64,000 bases of DNA. Origin: Paraspadella gotoi. Lineage: Eukaryota; Animalia; Chaetognatha. The position numbers were made by a program, and so were the translations under genes. Location of the stretch: assembly GCA_051294375.1 (NCBI GenBank), contig JBJCIZ010000744.1, positions 148,206-212,205 on the forward strand, given 5' to 3'. Of this stretch, positions 1 to 14,163 are shown one piece after another (positions within the stretch are counted from its first letter, which is position 1; the number at the start of each line of letters is the position of its first letter). The notes beneath the pieces were generated by a model, which ran no database searches, was not told where the DNA came from, and was given only the letters and a program-made list of their open reading frames with translations.

Positions 1-95
<95 letters not shown>

Positions 96-120
96 AATAG
101 ATAAATAGATAAATGGATAG
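1..120 (+). repeat. (ATAG)n microsatellite
   Basis: Directly visible tetranucleotide array; a noisy copy recurs at ~2560-2740. Confidence 0.95.
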
Positions 121-3100
121 ACTGGATTTTTCCCGGTTCTTCAAAACCGACACTGTAATTAATTAATTAATTAATTAATAATTTATTAATTTTTAATTTT
201 GATTAATGCAGCTTGCATTTACATTTTATATAAAAGAAAAAAATATAAAAATGAAAATTAATTAGTTAATTACATATCTGATTACCACTAATGATCGTGG
301 GCAGATCCGGCATTGCTCGCTCTCGAATTTTCCTTGAGATTTTTAGATTTATTTCTTTTTGACAATTTTCAATAAAGTTTTAAAAACTTAGCTTGAATAG
401 TGAATACTGGTATTTACTGGTACGCTAGTGAAATAAACTATAGTACCACCGCAAATTCGATGACAATCTCCAATTTCGAAATCTATATCTATATCTATAT
501 CTATCATTTCTCAGCCCGTTTCTAATTTGTACTCGAATTGTACTTGTACCGCAACAAAAAAACTTTTCCCCCCCAAAGAAAAATTCATCAACCTCTCCCC
601 TAACAAAAAATTTTCAATGATTATTGATTACTAATAAATGCTTTATTAAATTAATGAATAATTAATGAATTAATGTTGAAAAAATGATTGCAAGTTAAAA
701 AAAAAATCTGGGAAAGCATAAAGATCGTCGCAATTGCAGAAAAAAAAAAAGGAGAGAGAGAGAGGAAGAGAGAGAGAGGAGTGAGTGAGAGAGAGCGAGA
801 GAGAGAAGGAGACATAAAATAAAATAGAGGGATATTTGTTTGTTTTGATTTTAAAATGCTAAACAAAACATATTTAATAACTGTCCTAACCCCAATTTTA
901 AGGACATCGATTGATGATAAGTTGAATATAAATTTAAAAAATTAATTATTACATATTAATTAATTAAATTAATTAATTAATTAAGATTTTAATTCAATTA
1001 ATTAATTATCGTTAGGCAGATCCGGACATTATTTGCCTCAAACTTGTTTTCTCCACCGGCCGCTTTCGAGGGCGCTTGTTGTTCCGGAAAGAGGGAGAGA
1101 GAGATGGGGGGGAAGGGGAGGTGAAAATGGAACGCACGCGTTTTTTAGCTTTAGACGTTTAACTCCCCCGGGAAAAGAGGGGGGTAAACGAGATGGAAAG
1201 GGGGGAGAGAAGAAAGGGTAAGGAAGAGTCTTTTAGGGTGAAGAGGTTGGGATGGTCGGTCGAGGGGGAAGCGGGAGGTAGGGAAGAAGGGTGGGGCAGA
1301 ATGGTGGGGAGGATGGGATGATTAGCCATTTTTTGTCTCTTGCGAAATGGTTATATAGTTGCCACGGGAGAAACGCGTAAATGGCGCTTGCCTCGAAACT
1401 GAGAAATGTGAGAGGTTATTGTGGGTAGGGGGAATGGCTTGCTTGCTTAGGGGTAGGAGTGCTTGTAGGGACGGGGAGATAAAGATTTTTCCNNNNNNNN
1501 NNNNNNNNNNNNNNNNNCTCACTCTCTCTTTCTCTCTCTCTCGCGCCTGCGCGCGCGGGGCTGGCTTGAATTTTCTCATTTAGATGTCATTTGATGATTT
1601 ATTACTCCCACTCCTCCTCATCTTCCTCTTCCTCNNNNNNNNNNNNNNNNNNNNNNNNNGACCCCACGCCACGACACACCGCCCCACAGCCCACTCTCCC
1701 GCCTATGTCCATCCCCCGGACTGACAGACGACGCGCGGAGCGGCCACGGACTCTGCGGAATCCAGGAGTAGAGAACATGGATCTTCCAGCTTGGCGGCTC
1801 ACCCGACATGGGCAATGTCTTGTTCGCAAAGATGCTCTCTGGCGACATGTTTACCATGACACACTCACACGTCAATCCCGGCGTGGTCTACACACACTCT
1901 TTCCCCGAACCAACTTGGAGCAAACAGCTGGGCAGCTTTCCCAGCTGGCGAATTTCCTGAACACTACGCCTCCTCGACATCCCTATCCAAGCACCCATCA
2001 CCATCTCAAGCGCGCAACTTCACCATCGCTAACGACTGGATTGTTCTCCGCCCCTACACCAACGCGCTTACTCCTCATATGGTAGCTCTCCACCCGCTTT
2101 TCCTGCTTGCACAGAAAAAGTTAGGCTAAAACGATCGAATGACAAGATCTGATGTGAATCTCATCCCGAAACTGAAGAAAAAAAGATAAAATCCGACTCG
2201 GGACAGTCAAAAAACGAAGGCAAAGAAAAGAAAAAAGTGAGGCATAACAGAAACGAAGGGAAGGAGGCGGATGTCACTTCGTGAACAACAGTAAGAGTGC
2301 TGAAGACCGCACGACCGACCGACGCCCGTTAGGCGACCGACGACGACGCGGACCGATGGGATGCGGGCCATGGCGACCGAGTGGAGCTCGACGTCAGATG
2401 CAGAGGAAAGGCGAGGCGAGAGGAGAGAAGGGAGAGGAGACGAGAGCGAGCGAGAGACGAGACGCGAGGAGATGAGAGCAGAGAGCAGCGAGAGAGAGGC
2501 GCGGAGAGACGAGTTTGCAGTTTAGTCAGGGAGAACGAGTGGGAACAAGATAGCACAAGAGTAGATAGAGAGTAGATACAATAGATAGCGATAAGACAGA
2601 TTAGATAGGATACGAGTACGATAGAATAGATACGATAGATACGACTAGATACCGATAGATAGATAGTAGACGTAGTAGAGTAGATAGTAAAAGGATAGAT
2701 AGAGTAGATAGGACTACGATAGAATAATAGATAAATAGACGTAAAATGGACGCTTACGGACTGATTTTTGCCCGGTTCTTCAAAAAGCCGACAACTCCGC
2801 GTACTTAATCCTAATTAATTAATTAATAATTTAATTATTAATCTGTTGCGCGGCAATTAATCGCAGCCTTTGCATTTTACACGTCATTTCTATATACCAA
2901 CGCAAAACAATCAGTAAGAATGCAAAATTAAGTTAGGTTAAGTTACATATCCCTCGCCTTGCACCGCCACCTCAATCGGATCGCGTGCGGGGCGAGGATC
3001 GGCATTCGCTTCGCCTCTCAGAGGAATTTTCCTGTGAGATTTTTTAGAGTCTTATCTTCTTTTGACAATTTCTCAATACAAGTTTTACAAAACTTACGCG

Positions 3101-6100
3101 CTTGAAATGACGTCGAATTCAGCTCGTATCTCTACTGGTACGCTCAGCTCGAAATAACTATAGATTAATGTTTCTAGTAACATTTAATTGAAGGGTACAC
3201 AAACAGATAAATCCAGAATCTGCAATAAAGGATTACAAATCTACCGAGGCACAGCTCTCTGCTCAGCGAGACGCAACACACATAACAACGAATTAATAAA
3301 CAGATAGCACTGCTCGCTGGAGAGCAGCAGTTCATCAAATTAACCGAGTGTGCTTTTGTTTTTCCTCCCAATCTCTTCTTGCTATCAACCCGACTGTTAG
3401 AATGGATCGAATCAGCGCGCGAAACTGGTTGGGCCTCCCAGTGCACCCGAGGCTCGAGGCGCTACCAACACGGTCAGCGTTCCCCAGGTTCTAACCTCCT
3501 CGGGGAATGGATGCGCTTACGTTTTCATAATCGAATTTAATCGACCTGTTGCTGAGCCGCAATCTATATCTATCATTTCTCAGGCGCCGTTTCTAATTTG
3601 TGACTCCGAATTTGTACTTTGTACGGACAACAAAAAAACTTTTCCCCGCCGCAAAGAAGAAATTCATCGCAACACCAACGCCTACACCACACGCAAACCT
3701 CTATCTCCCCGTCCCAGTTACAAGCACTGCCTACCGCGCCTAAGGCAAAGCGCACCAGCCGCCCACCGTCTGTCTACCCCCTAGGATGTCTGCTGCCGGA
3801 TTCTTCCGACCTCCAGCACACGTCTAGTGCAGAATGTCACGGGACGCAGAGGAGAGAACATAATAGGTGGCTTACGGAAGAGGTTCTTTATAGGGGTGCG
3901 TGTAAGACGCGTTGAGTGTTTACGGTCGAAGACGGGGCGGGGGAAGGCGCGGACAGGTTAACGGGCAGCCCGAATTTAGGGGACTGGGGCCAGGGGGATG
4001 GGATTTTTACACTGGCGTTTCGGGCGTCCCTATTGTCGTCAGGGCCGAGGATTACCTCAGTGCACGCAGTGTCAAAGTCGCATTGAGAGCAACTGGCTGT
4101 GTGGTGTGTTTTGTTCTGGTGCCTCTGTTTTTTTTTTCTGATCGTTCAGTTTATATGAGTCGGTCTGGCGAGATGGCATAGTATATAGCCGTGAATGTGT
4201 CGCAGCGAGACAGGCCGCGACAACGGGGAGTGAGCGAGGATAAGCGACGGTGAGTATAAGACTGAGGGCGAGGGGCTGATAGGCGTCAATGAGAAATACG
4301 GCGCTGCACCTTTCGAGACGCGCTGGTGAGAGGACTGGCATGGCAGTATCGAGACATGGCGCTACCGATGCTAGAGTCCTGTTGGGCCGTTGCGAGCACG
4401 CGCCTTGCGGGGAGGACTGGGATGGCTGTGCTTGCGCGCCCGGCTTACCGCGTACGCGTGACGAGTAGGAGCTGTGGCCCTGAACCGACGTGGACCATTC
4501 TTAGCTCAGCGACCGCCGTTCTGTGGCTGCGTTGCTAGTCCCCATGTGTTTCATGTAAGAGGGACGGCAGCGGAGGATGATTTAGCACGTGTGTTCTTTT
4601 TCTGTTCCTTAACCTGCTATTTTGCCGCGCCGTTGTATAGTCCGCTTTTGTTTTAAGCGGCGGAGAGGCATTGATGAATTTTTCGTTTGACGGGGGGCGA
4701 GAAGTCTTTTTTGGTTGCGCGCTCCGACTGAGTACCACAGAACCACGCTACTCTACGCACGTACAAAGTATTACTCTTGCCTATACGCGTTTTCTCTCCC
4801 TCCGCGCCTTGTCCATGAGCTGCGTGTTACGCCCCCTCTTTTTCCCGGGGGGAGTTAAACGTCTAAAAGCTAAAAAGACGCGTCGTTCCATTTCTACGCT
4901 CGCCCCTTGCCGCCGCCCCATGCTCTCTCGTCGCGCTCTTTCGGGAACACAGCGCCTCGAAGCGGGCCGCCGGTGGAGACAAAAAAGGAGAGGGTAGATT
5001 CCGTTCTCTCTCTCCTCTCTCCCTCTCTCTCTTCTTGCTCTCTCTCTCTCTCTTCTCCTCATTGGGCTGCGCGGTATCCCTCTACGCCCTCTCTTTTTGC
5101 TTATTATTTCACTACGTCTCCATCTCTCTGTACCTCCTCGGTCTTTTTTTTTCCAGTCCCTACTTTTGCTCTCTCTCACTCTCGTCTTTCTCTCTCTCTC
5201 GCGCCTGCGCGGCGCGGGGCTGCTTGAATTTGTCTCATTTAGATGTTCATCTTGATGATTTTATTGACTCCCCACTCGCCTCCTCATGCTTCTCTGTCGC
5301 TCCGCCCCGCCTCCGTCTCCTCCTTCCGCTCGTCGCCTGCTGTCTCCTCTTCCTGCGTCCTCGCTCGCCAGCCCCCTTTCCTCCCTAACACCTCCTCCTG
5401 GCGTTCCTCCTCGCCTCTTCGCTCCTCCCATCATTGGCGGGACTCGCGCGTCTTCGTGATAAAACGATGTTTTGAAGCTTGCTGGAAAAAGCAGGGAATT
5501 CAATTCCTTTCTCTCTCTCTCTCTACAATCTCCTCTCTCTCTCTCTCCTCTTTCTCGCTCTCTCCGTCTCCGTCTCGTCTCTCTCTCTCTCCAACGACGT
5601 TGAATACCGAGGGTGAGGAAGAAACTTTGGGGTGAGGGTTTCTGGCGGGAAAGAAAAAAAAATTTAAGGGGAGGGTCGAGAATGGATTAAGGGGTAAAAA
5701 AGAATAAATTATTCGCGTTTCTATTTTTATATTTTCCAATCGTTTTTTTGTAAGTTTAGTCGCTCCCATTTAAATTCTCTATCTCTTACAATTTGTTTAA
5801 CTATCCTGAGGAATTTAAACCTCCTTTAAAAGCCCCCCATCTTTTCTATTCAACAATCAATTTGTTCAATTATTCTTTATAAAGATTAAATATACTTCTC
5901 AAATACCAGTTTTCCTACAAGCTTTTTTGTAACGTCTATTAAAAGTATTATATGAAATTCGCTGATTTTAAAAAAATTTAAAAATGGATTTAAAAACCTA
6001 AAAAATTTAAAAAATTTTAAAAAAAACATCAAACGATAGATTTTCTTTTTTTATTTTTTTATTTATTGTTTTTTTTTTTTTTTTTGGGAGTCTGGCGTGC

Positions 6101-6529
6101 GGATTTTAATGAGTTTAAAAATCTGGGGAAAAAATTATGGTCGGTTCGTCGTCGTCGTCTGTTTTATTGTTGTTTGTTTGTTTTTGTTTAACGTGTTATG
6201 GACGTTTAGATTGGATGAAGAGGCGGTCAACAATCTCGAGTGGTTTTTGATTGGAGAGAGAGAGAGAGAGGAGAGAGAGAGAGGGAGAGAGAGAGAGAGA
6301 GAAGAGAGAGGAGAGAGAGAGAGAGATGAGAGAGAGAGAGAGTGAGAGAGATGAGAGAGGACTGTATTGGCGAGGGGATCAGAGTTCTGCTCGCGATAAG
6401 GGAGGCGCTAATAGATCTCGTGCAATGACGTTTTAACGCGAGATATCTCGTTACGTCAAAGGGAGTTGTCGTCGTTTGTCGTTGTTGTTTATATTGGCCT
6501 TTGCTTGTTGCTCAACGGTTTGTTTTTTT

Positions 6530-6812
6530 TGGAGAATAATTCGAGGCGTGTTTTTCGTAATGAAGAAAAATCGTATATAATCAAAAACAGAGTAAAAAGC
6601 CAAAAAGATAAAAATAATAACAATAACACTCGTATTTACATTGGCTGAGAAAAAAAGGTCAGCCATAAAAAATCAGGTAAAACAGGTCATTCTTATTGAC
6701 CACATACGATACTACGGGTCACAAAGTACAAGACTTCGTCGTCGTCTTCGTCGTTGTATTCGTCGTCGTTTCGTCGTCGTCGTCGTCTCTTTGTTCAAAT
6801 CATTGAGCTCCA
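6530..6812 (-). repeat. 3' LTR of the CsRn1-like Gypsy element (~283 bp)
   Basis: Starts a few nt after the G-tract PPT on the minus strand and has inverted termini TGGAG...CTCCA. No second LTR is available to confirm the boundaries. Confidence 0.6.
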
Positions 6813-9800
6813 AATATCCCCCCCCCAAGCGCTGTCGTCGACTTGGTTGACGTCAGGGATGACATTTTTGTGGCTCAAATTCTTCTTCGTCGATCGGCTC
6901 CAACGTTGCCTGGAGTGGGAGGCGCTTGCAGCGCCTAGTGGCTGGTGCGGGTCTCTCGATCGCCTATTATCAGTGGCATCGGGAAAAAACGACATTTTTT
7001 TCCGAGTTTTTTTCCAAGTGTTCTTTCCTCGTCAACCGCCCGGTCTCACGCGTTTGGGCGGGCGTTCCGCGGAAGGTGGGAGCTACGATGCGTCTGGATG
7101 GATTTTCAGCGTCCATGGATTGCTGGCTTGATGCGTCGATAGTTACGGTTTCGTTGCCTCGGCCGGGTTTCTCCGATGATGACGCACGTTTTGTTGCATT
7201 TGATGACACGGTAAGGTCCGGGCGTAAGGAGTCTCTAAGGGCGCCGGCCTTGGTTAGGGCGACGGACGGAAAACAAACTCCGCCCTCCTTGAGGGTAGTT
7301 TTTGATTCGGCTTGTCCGGCTCGGCGTGGGGCGGTGTCGGAGATTGGGCGCATGAGTGGCAACATCGAAACGGAGGTTGCGAAGGAAATCTCTTTGCTCG
7401 ATATGGGATGGAGATCGACTTCTGGATTGGGCGTTCTCGGCGTCAATCACTCACTCGGGAATAGTAAGTAGCCATCGCCGGATGACCAATTCAGACCCGG
7501 AGAAGCGTCAAGATCGTTATTTATAAGTGGTATCTAAGTCGGAGGAGGACCACCGGAAGTGAGAAATAATCCATTATGTCAAGCAGCGTATTTCGCTAGC
7601 CGTGCCAAATGTAGGAGGATGCTTCTCAAGCTGCGGATGCATGGTCCGTTCGACCCCATGCGCGTTGATTTTGGATGGGTAGGCTGTGGTAAAAGTTATA
7701 ATTTAAAGCACCAACTGTTTCAGCGAAGTTGGCACGCCAATATAGTGGACGTGAATTGGCTTCCACAGGTCGTAGTTACAGTAGCAGAGGATACGCCAAA
7801 GACGCGTCGAGCCGCAAGTTTGAAGAAAGGCAGCATGCGGGATGGGGGTGGCGGCGGGTTGGGGGTGTGTCGGCGGTGAGAGGGATCGCTTCTGGCCAGC
7901 GCGAAAAACGATCAACGCATGTGAGCAGGTGGGTGATGTCCATTAGAGACAAGGAAGGGGACGAAGCGAATGTCGAGCATGAACATGTTGAAAGCGACGC
8001 TGCGAGCCGGTGCGGGAGGGGAAGGAGGGGTGTGTTGGGGGAGGTGTATGGGTTGATTTTTGCAAAAAACGCTGGCATGAGCTGCACGTGCGCGTCATTG
8101 CCGCCACGTGTGAAAGATGCTCGATGCCAGACAAATCGGCTCGTCACCATTTTTTGGTCGCGCGGGCGCCGGGGTGTGAAAGGGCCGTGGATTGGCGTCC
8201 AAAAAACGGGAGCACGCCACACAGTTTCCGGAAGCGAGGGGGCGGGACCTGCCATGCTTACGTCACAGGGGATATCTGACGGGCCGTCCACTTTTACCCT
8301 TTCAACCGCGCAAGCTGGTGTGGGCGTCAGCGAGAAGGCGTTGCACCATCCGGCGTCGCTTTTTGAGTCCAACGCCATTTTTTTTAAATCGGATTCCCGT
8401 GTGAGGTGACGGCATTGTATGGTCGCTCGGAGGGTGGCGTGGCTGCTGGTGGAAGCGTGCTGAAGGCACTGCAACGACGTTTGCTTTCCCTCCGATATGA
8501 CGGATGTCTGTAGTCGTATTCAGCAATTGCCGCAAGTTGATAAGTTTCCCTCATAGTATGGGGCTCTGACTTTTTCCTAATCGCTGGAACGAGGCTGTTG
8601 TGGTCTGTAAACAGTGTAAACGGGTCGTCTTCGATAAATGGCCGGAATGGCGCACGGCGCGAAAAGCAGCGAGCAGCTCTCTGTCAAATGAGGCCATTCT
8701 TCGTTGATTTTGCTCGCAAGGGAGAAGAGAAAAAGGCAATGGCTTCCATTCCCCATTTACAGTTTGTTCCAGTACCCCGCCTACTTGCCGTAAGAGAGGC
8801 GTCGACCCCCCGTCAGCGCTGTTGGGCGTCATCCCGGGGGTGGACAACATTGTTGCCGAAGCGCAGGGCCTTTTCGCGCTAATGAATGCTGGCGATCGCG
8901 CCATCGTCGCCCCCTCCATGCCAGTGCTTTGGTTTTCCTCGAAGGGCACTGTAGAGGGGCTCGAGGATGTCAGCGGCATGGGGGATGAAACGCCTATAGT
9001 AGTTAAGGACGCCAAGAAACCGTTGAAGGTCCTTGATCGATGTTGGCGTTGGAATTTTTCGATGTCGTCGACTCGGCCAGCGAAGGGGCGTGACAACCGT
9101 CGGCGCTGACGTTAATACCACAAGGAACTCCAGTGAAGAGGCACCAAAGGACACTTTTGATCTGATTTGATGATTGAATGGCCGTTTACTTCCTCAAGAG
9201 CTTCGACAAACGCGTTCAAGATCCTCCAGGTGCTCGTCGAACGACGTCGAAGCGACCAGAATGTTCGTCAAGGTAAACAACGACGTGAGGAATTCCATCC
9301 AGATGACGTCCATCAGGCGCTGGAAAATCTTGAGCCAGCGTTCTTTAGGCCCGGAATGAGACGGTCCTGAGATATTCGTAAAGGCGAAGGGTGTAATGAT
9401 GGCGGTCTTTGGTATGTCCTTTGCCTCGTAAACTGGGAAATTGGTGGTAACCTTTTGTACAGGTCGACTTTAGAGAAAATGACTTTTCCCAGATATTTCC
9501 GCATTAAAGTCGGATATGTGACAAATTGGATATCGGTCGTCTTTTGTCACCGCATTGAGGCGGCGATATCATCCGTGCAAGTGACGCATGTCCGCCATCA
9601 TGCCTTTTTACAAAACGTGTAAGGGTGACGACCATGGGCTTCGACTTTTTCGAATAATGCAAAAGTTTTTCGAGTTTGTCGAATTCGGCCTTGCTGCGGC
9701 GAGTTTTCTCTGGGGGCAAGGCAGACGCGCAGGCGCATTGGATTGGCGGGCCTTCGTGAGGGATATGGTTGCTCCACCACTGGCGGGGCGTTTTGATGGG

Positions 9801-10690
9801 TCGAAGAGGGTTGTTTCGTCAGATCGGCGTTTGTCACAGAGCTGGTGTGAAAACGGTTGTGGACGACGGGCGACGTTGACGCGAAAAGGGTTGTCCGGGT
9901 TTAAACTTTCCCGGTGACGGATCGTGAATCCTGGACAATCTACTAAGCACTTCAACACTTTGGAAAAGGGGCAAGGTTGTGGCCATTAGGAAAAATTCAT
10001 TTCCTAGAATGGAGGCGTGGAGTGACGTTCCCGGCAAACAAGTGAGGTCCCCATTCAAAATCGGGCGCTTGCCAAGGCGGAGACTTATTGGTCGCGTTGC
10101 GCATGCAAGGAATGGGCGTTCGTGTCGCCGGCGTGGAGTGGCGTGCGATAGTAGGGCCGGGGCGCGTCTCTCCTCGATGTTTTTCTGTTTTGGAGAGACG
10201 AGAGAAACGCTGGCGCCGGTATCCACGACCACGTGAGATTGTTGCGGGTCGTCATAAACATGCAGAAGCGTCTCAATCTCGCCGGGCGGCGGCGCTTACT
10301 TCCGGCCGCCGGCTTTCGCGTTTTCCCATTGCGCAGGGAATGCCCGGCCTGACTTCGCGGGCAGTTTCTGGCGCGATTGCCGAACTCCGCGTGATACCAG
10401 CAAGTGTTTCCTTCCATTTTCCGTGGCGGCCGATGCTGCTCTGGTGGAAGGGGCGCTGGCGTCGGCGCTGCTCGACTCCGCTTCCAAGTGCCTTTTGGCT
10501 TGTTATTGACAGCGCAAACCTCGGCGTAGGAAAGAGGTTCGTTCGGGTCTTCATCTTCACGGCGTTGGCAGAGACGGGCGTTGATGTGCAAGGCGGATGC
10601 AGGCGGTTTGACAACAAGACTGCAGCCAGGCATCATAGAAAGCGTCTGCCTGCTGCTGCGGTTCGTCGAGAGAATTGTTGTCAGTGAACG
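6530..10690 (-). mobile_element. Ty3/Gypsy LTR retrotransposon, CsRn1-like, 5'-truncated and frameshifted
   Basis: Minus-strand motifs occur in gag-PR-RT-RH-IN order. Gag CHCC knuckle CWYHAEFGNRARNC...PC (~10330-10405). Protease VVDTGASVS (~10230). RT GLKNAG and LQRFLGVLNYYRRFIP (~9350-8980). RNase H VGGVLEQ...FDRELLAAFRAVRH (~8780-8650). Integrase LLTCVDRFSRWPEAIPL (~7880-7930), a TTAYHP-like motif (~7690) and a GPY motif (~7210). A poly-G PPT at 6818-6826 precedes the 3' LTR. No 5' LTR or PBS seen. Confidence 0.9.
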
Positions 10691-10789
10691 CGTGGCGCGA
10701 GAAACATGGGAGGAGAGAGAGCGTTGTTGTTTTTCGTTGTTCTTAATGTGTTTCTTTGTATTGACTCCCAACATCAATACGACTGAGCT

Positions 10790-10980
10790 ATGAAGAATGG
10801 AAGAATTGAAGAATTGACGAATTGACGAATTGAAGAATTAAAGAATTGAAGAATGAAGAATTGAAGAATTGAAGAATGAAGAATTGAATAATTAAAGAAT
10901 TGAAGAATGAAGAATTGAAGAATTGAAGAATGGAAGAATGGAAGAATGGAAAGAAGGAAGAATGAAGAATTGAAGAATTA
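10790..10980 (+). repeat. (GAAGAATT)n minisatellite
   Basis: 7-8 bp tandem units, directly visible. Confidence 0.9.
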
Positions 10981-11257
10981 AGGATACTTTAGGTAAAAAT
11001 TATCAATACAATTTGAAAATAGTCGGTAGTGTAAGAATGCGTCAATGCAGAAAATAATAAATAACCGTTTTTAAAAATGTAGTCATTTCTCAAAATTTCG
11101 TTACAGTCACGTTTTTTGTGACCTAAAAAATAATAATAACCATAATAATAATATTTCGTTGGCCGAGATAAAAAAAGCCTCGTATCTTCATTGTAGGTTT
11201 TTCACATCTTTGTTTTTCGCGTCTCTGTCTCCCGATCTTCCCTTCCCCCCCCCCACT

Positions 11258-11528
11258 TTCCTTTATTTCCTCAACCTCTCTCCCCTACGACTTCTCTTTA
11301 TTTCCTCAACCTATCTTCCCCCGACTTCTCTTTATTTCCTCAACCTCTCTTCCACCCCGACTTCTCTTTATTTCCTCAACCTCTCTCCCCTACGACTTCT
11401 CTTTATTTCCTCAACCTATCTTCCCCCGACTTCTCTTTATTTCCTCAACCTCTCTTCCACCCCGACTTCTCTTTATTTCCTCAACCTCTCTTCCACCCCC
11501 GACTTCTCTTTATTTCCTCAACCTCTCT
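11258..11528 (+). repeat. ~33-37 bp tandem repeat with ABC-ABC-C higher-order structure
   Basis: Core CGACTTCTCTTTATTTCCTCAACCT is followed by three alternating short variants (ctctccccta / atcttcccc / ctcttccaccc). Confidence 0.9.
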
Positions 11529-11625
11529 ATCTCTCTCCTTCTTTCCTCCCCCCAAAAACTCTTTACATATTTTCCCCATTTTCTTCCAATTTTGATTTCA
11601 ATTTCTTCAATTTCTTTCCCTCTCT

Positions 11626-11678
<53 letters not shown>

Positions 11679-11835
11679 TCTCTTATTTCTCTCTCTCTCT
11701 CTATCTGTCGGTTTTCATTCCCCGCAGTCTTACTTTCTCTCTCATTTCTCTCTCCCTCCCCGTCTTTTCTCTTACTCCCTCAAAGACATAACATCACTCA
11801 CTCACTCTCTCTCCCTCCCTCTCTCTCTCTCTCTA

Positions 11836-11905
<70 letters not shown>

Positions 11906-12046
11906 GTTTTGGTTTTTCCAAAAAATTTTCTCCCTTTTTTATTTTTTTTCTCGCGAGGGCTCATTTTTCTTGGGTTTTCTGAAATTTCGCGGCATTTTTC
12001 TTTTTCTCTCGGCGGCCGACAGAGGGCGAAATTTCGCGAAAATCTG

Positions 12047-12280
12047 GTGGCGTCGGTTGGCGTTGGTTGGCGTCGGTTGGCGTTGGTTGGCGTCGGTTGT
12101 CGTCGCTGGTTGACGCTAAGAAGGCCGAATAATATAGCCAGAATTGGTTTGTGGCGCCGCTGCACTTTTGGCTGTGGCGCTTTTGTGCTTTTAGCTGCGG
12201 TGCCGCTGTGCTTTTAGCTGCGGCGCCGCTGTGCTTTTAGCAGCGGTGTCTCTGTGGTTTAGGCTGTGGCGCCGCTGTTA
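12047..12280 (+). repeat. (GGCGTYGGTT)n plus ~22-bp GCTGCGGCGCCGCTGTGCTTTTA tandem repeats
   Basis: Two adjacent short tandem arrays, directly visible. Confidence 0.8.
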
Positions 12281-12554
12281 TTATGACAGAGGGTCCAAAA
12301 CTCCCCCTAAGCGAAATACTTACATATCTTTAAATTCTAAGTCTTATTCTTGTTAAGAAGAAAGTTCATTTCTCGTCTATGATCGAAATATTTTCTTTAA
12401 GCTCTTTTCAACTTTCTCATTGTTAGTATTTTCATTATTTTTAATTTTTAATTACTATGTACATGTACACATGCTTTTTTTAATTTCTTAATAAACATAA
12501 TAACAAGTGTTCGTAATTCTTACTATTTATTACAATTTAACGATGTATTCATTT

Positions 12555-14163
12555 TAGTGTTCCGATAACCGTTAACAGTTAACGGTTATTAACGGTTAAA
12601 AATAATTTTAACTTAACCGTTAATATATTTATTTTAACGGTTAAATTCGGTTAATTTTCAAGTATAATTTTTGTTATGAAAACTTTGATTTTTTAAGAAA
12701 AAATTTTTTTTTCCTTATTCTCCTCTCCCTTTCTCACTATATTTTTCCCCCTCTCTCTGTTCTACATTTTCCCCTATTTTTTCTTTGTTATTTTCAACCC
12801 TTTTAATCTTTTTCTATTTTAATCTATTATCATTTTTTTTCTGCCCTTCCAGTATTTTTTTTTATTACTTTCTCCCAATTGTTTTCGTTTTTCCTTTCAG
12901 CTAANNNNNNNNNNNNNNNNNNNNNNNNNNNNNNNNNNNNNNNNNNNNNNNNNNNNNNNNNNNNNNNNNNNNNNNNNNNNNNNNNNNNNNNNNNNNNNNN
13001 NNNNNNNNNNNNNNNNNNNNNNNNNNNNNNNNNNNNNNNNNNNNNNNNNNNNNNNNNNNNNNNNNNNNNNNNNNNNNNNNNNNNNNNNNNNNNNNNNNNN
13101 NNNNNNNNNNNNNNNNNNNNNNNNNNNNNNNNNNNNNNNNNNNNNNNNNNNNNNNNNNNNNNNNNNNNNNNNNNNNNNNNNNNNNNNNNNNNNNNNNNNN
13201 NNNNNNNNNNNNNNNNNNNNNNNNNNNNNNNNNNNNNNNNNNNNNNNNNNNNNNNNNNNNNNNNNNNNNNNNNNNNNNNNNNNNNNNNNNNNNNNNNNNN
13301 NNNNNNNNNNNNNNNNNNNNNNNNNNNNNNNNNNNNNNNNNNNNNNNNNNNNNNNNNNNNNNNNNNNNNNNNNNNNNNNNNNNNNNNNNNNNNNNNNNNN
13401 NNNNNNNNNNNNNNNNNNNNNNNNNNNNNNNNTCTAATTAAGCATTTACATCAAAGCAATATTTTTGAAATATAATATGCTACATCTGCATATATTTTTT
13501 TTCAACGATCAAATTTTTAACATGCAATGAATATCTATTTGCCTAATAAATAAAATAAAATAATCGTCCTTATCTCTTTTAACTTTTTTTTAAGCTGTTT
13601 GTCTTTTCAGATGTTGTTTAAAGATGAACAGAAGACAGTTTAAAGTATAATAACAGGCGGCGACAGCATGATCATGAAAAAATTTTAAACAAAAAGACTA
13701 ATATAAAAAAATTAGTTTAGAAAGACATTTAAAAAATTGAACAATTAGCAAGAGGCATCATGACATCTTGTGGAAAGACAGTAAGGCTAACTTAAAAGCG
13801 TATCCTTCATTGGATGAGTGATACTTTACTGTTAATAAAATTTAAAAAAATATTTATTAATCTAGATAACTCGCTTTTGCATCAAGTCGATCAGTTTAAG
13901 CAAGTTCAAGTTAATAAATTGGATATTGCGATAATAAGAGGACACATAAGTTTATTTGTTGTTAGTCAAGACACACCGGTTTTTTATTGCCAGAAGAAAC
14001 GGACATGTTTCGGACTCTTAGTTTTTCCGAGTCCTACATTTTCAGCTGCGTGAGAGTTCGAAACATGTGCCTTTTTTTTTAAAAATAAAACACCTGTTGT
14101 TTGTAAACAAATTAAACATCTCTCTTCGAAGTTCCTCAAAAATTAACGGTTAACGGAACCCTA
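12555..14163. mobile_element. Non-autonomous hAT-superfamily DNA transposon (spans an N gap)
   Basis: Left end TAGTGTTCCGATAACCGTTAA matches the reverse complement of the right end TAGGGTTCCGTTAACCGTTAA at 19/21 positions. Identical 8-bp flanks ATTCATTT at 12547-12554 and 14164-14171. Subterminal TAACCG/CGGTTA repeats. An 8-bp TSD with TAG-starting TIRs is typical of hAT. Confidence 0.85.

Noticed and set aside
11258-11528. CRISPR-like conserved 25-bp core with variable spacers
   Set aside because: The spacers are only ~9-12 bp and themselves repeat (ABCABC); eukaryotic context with no cas genes.
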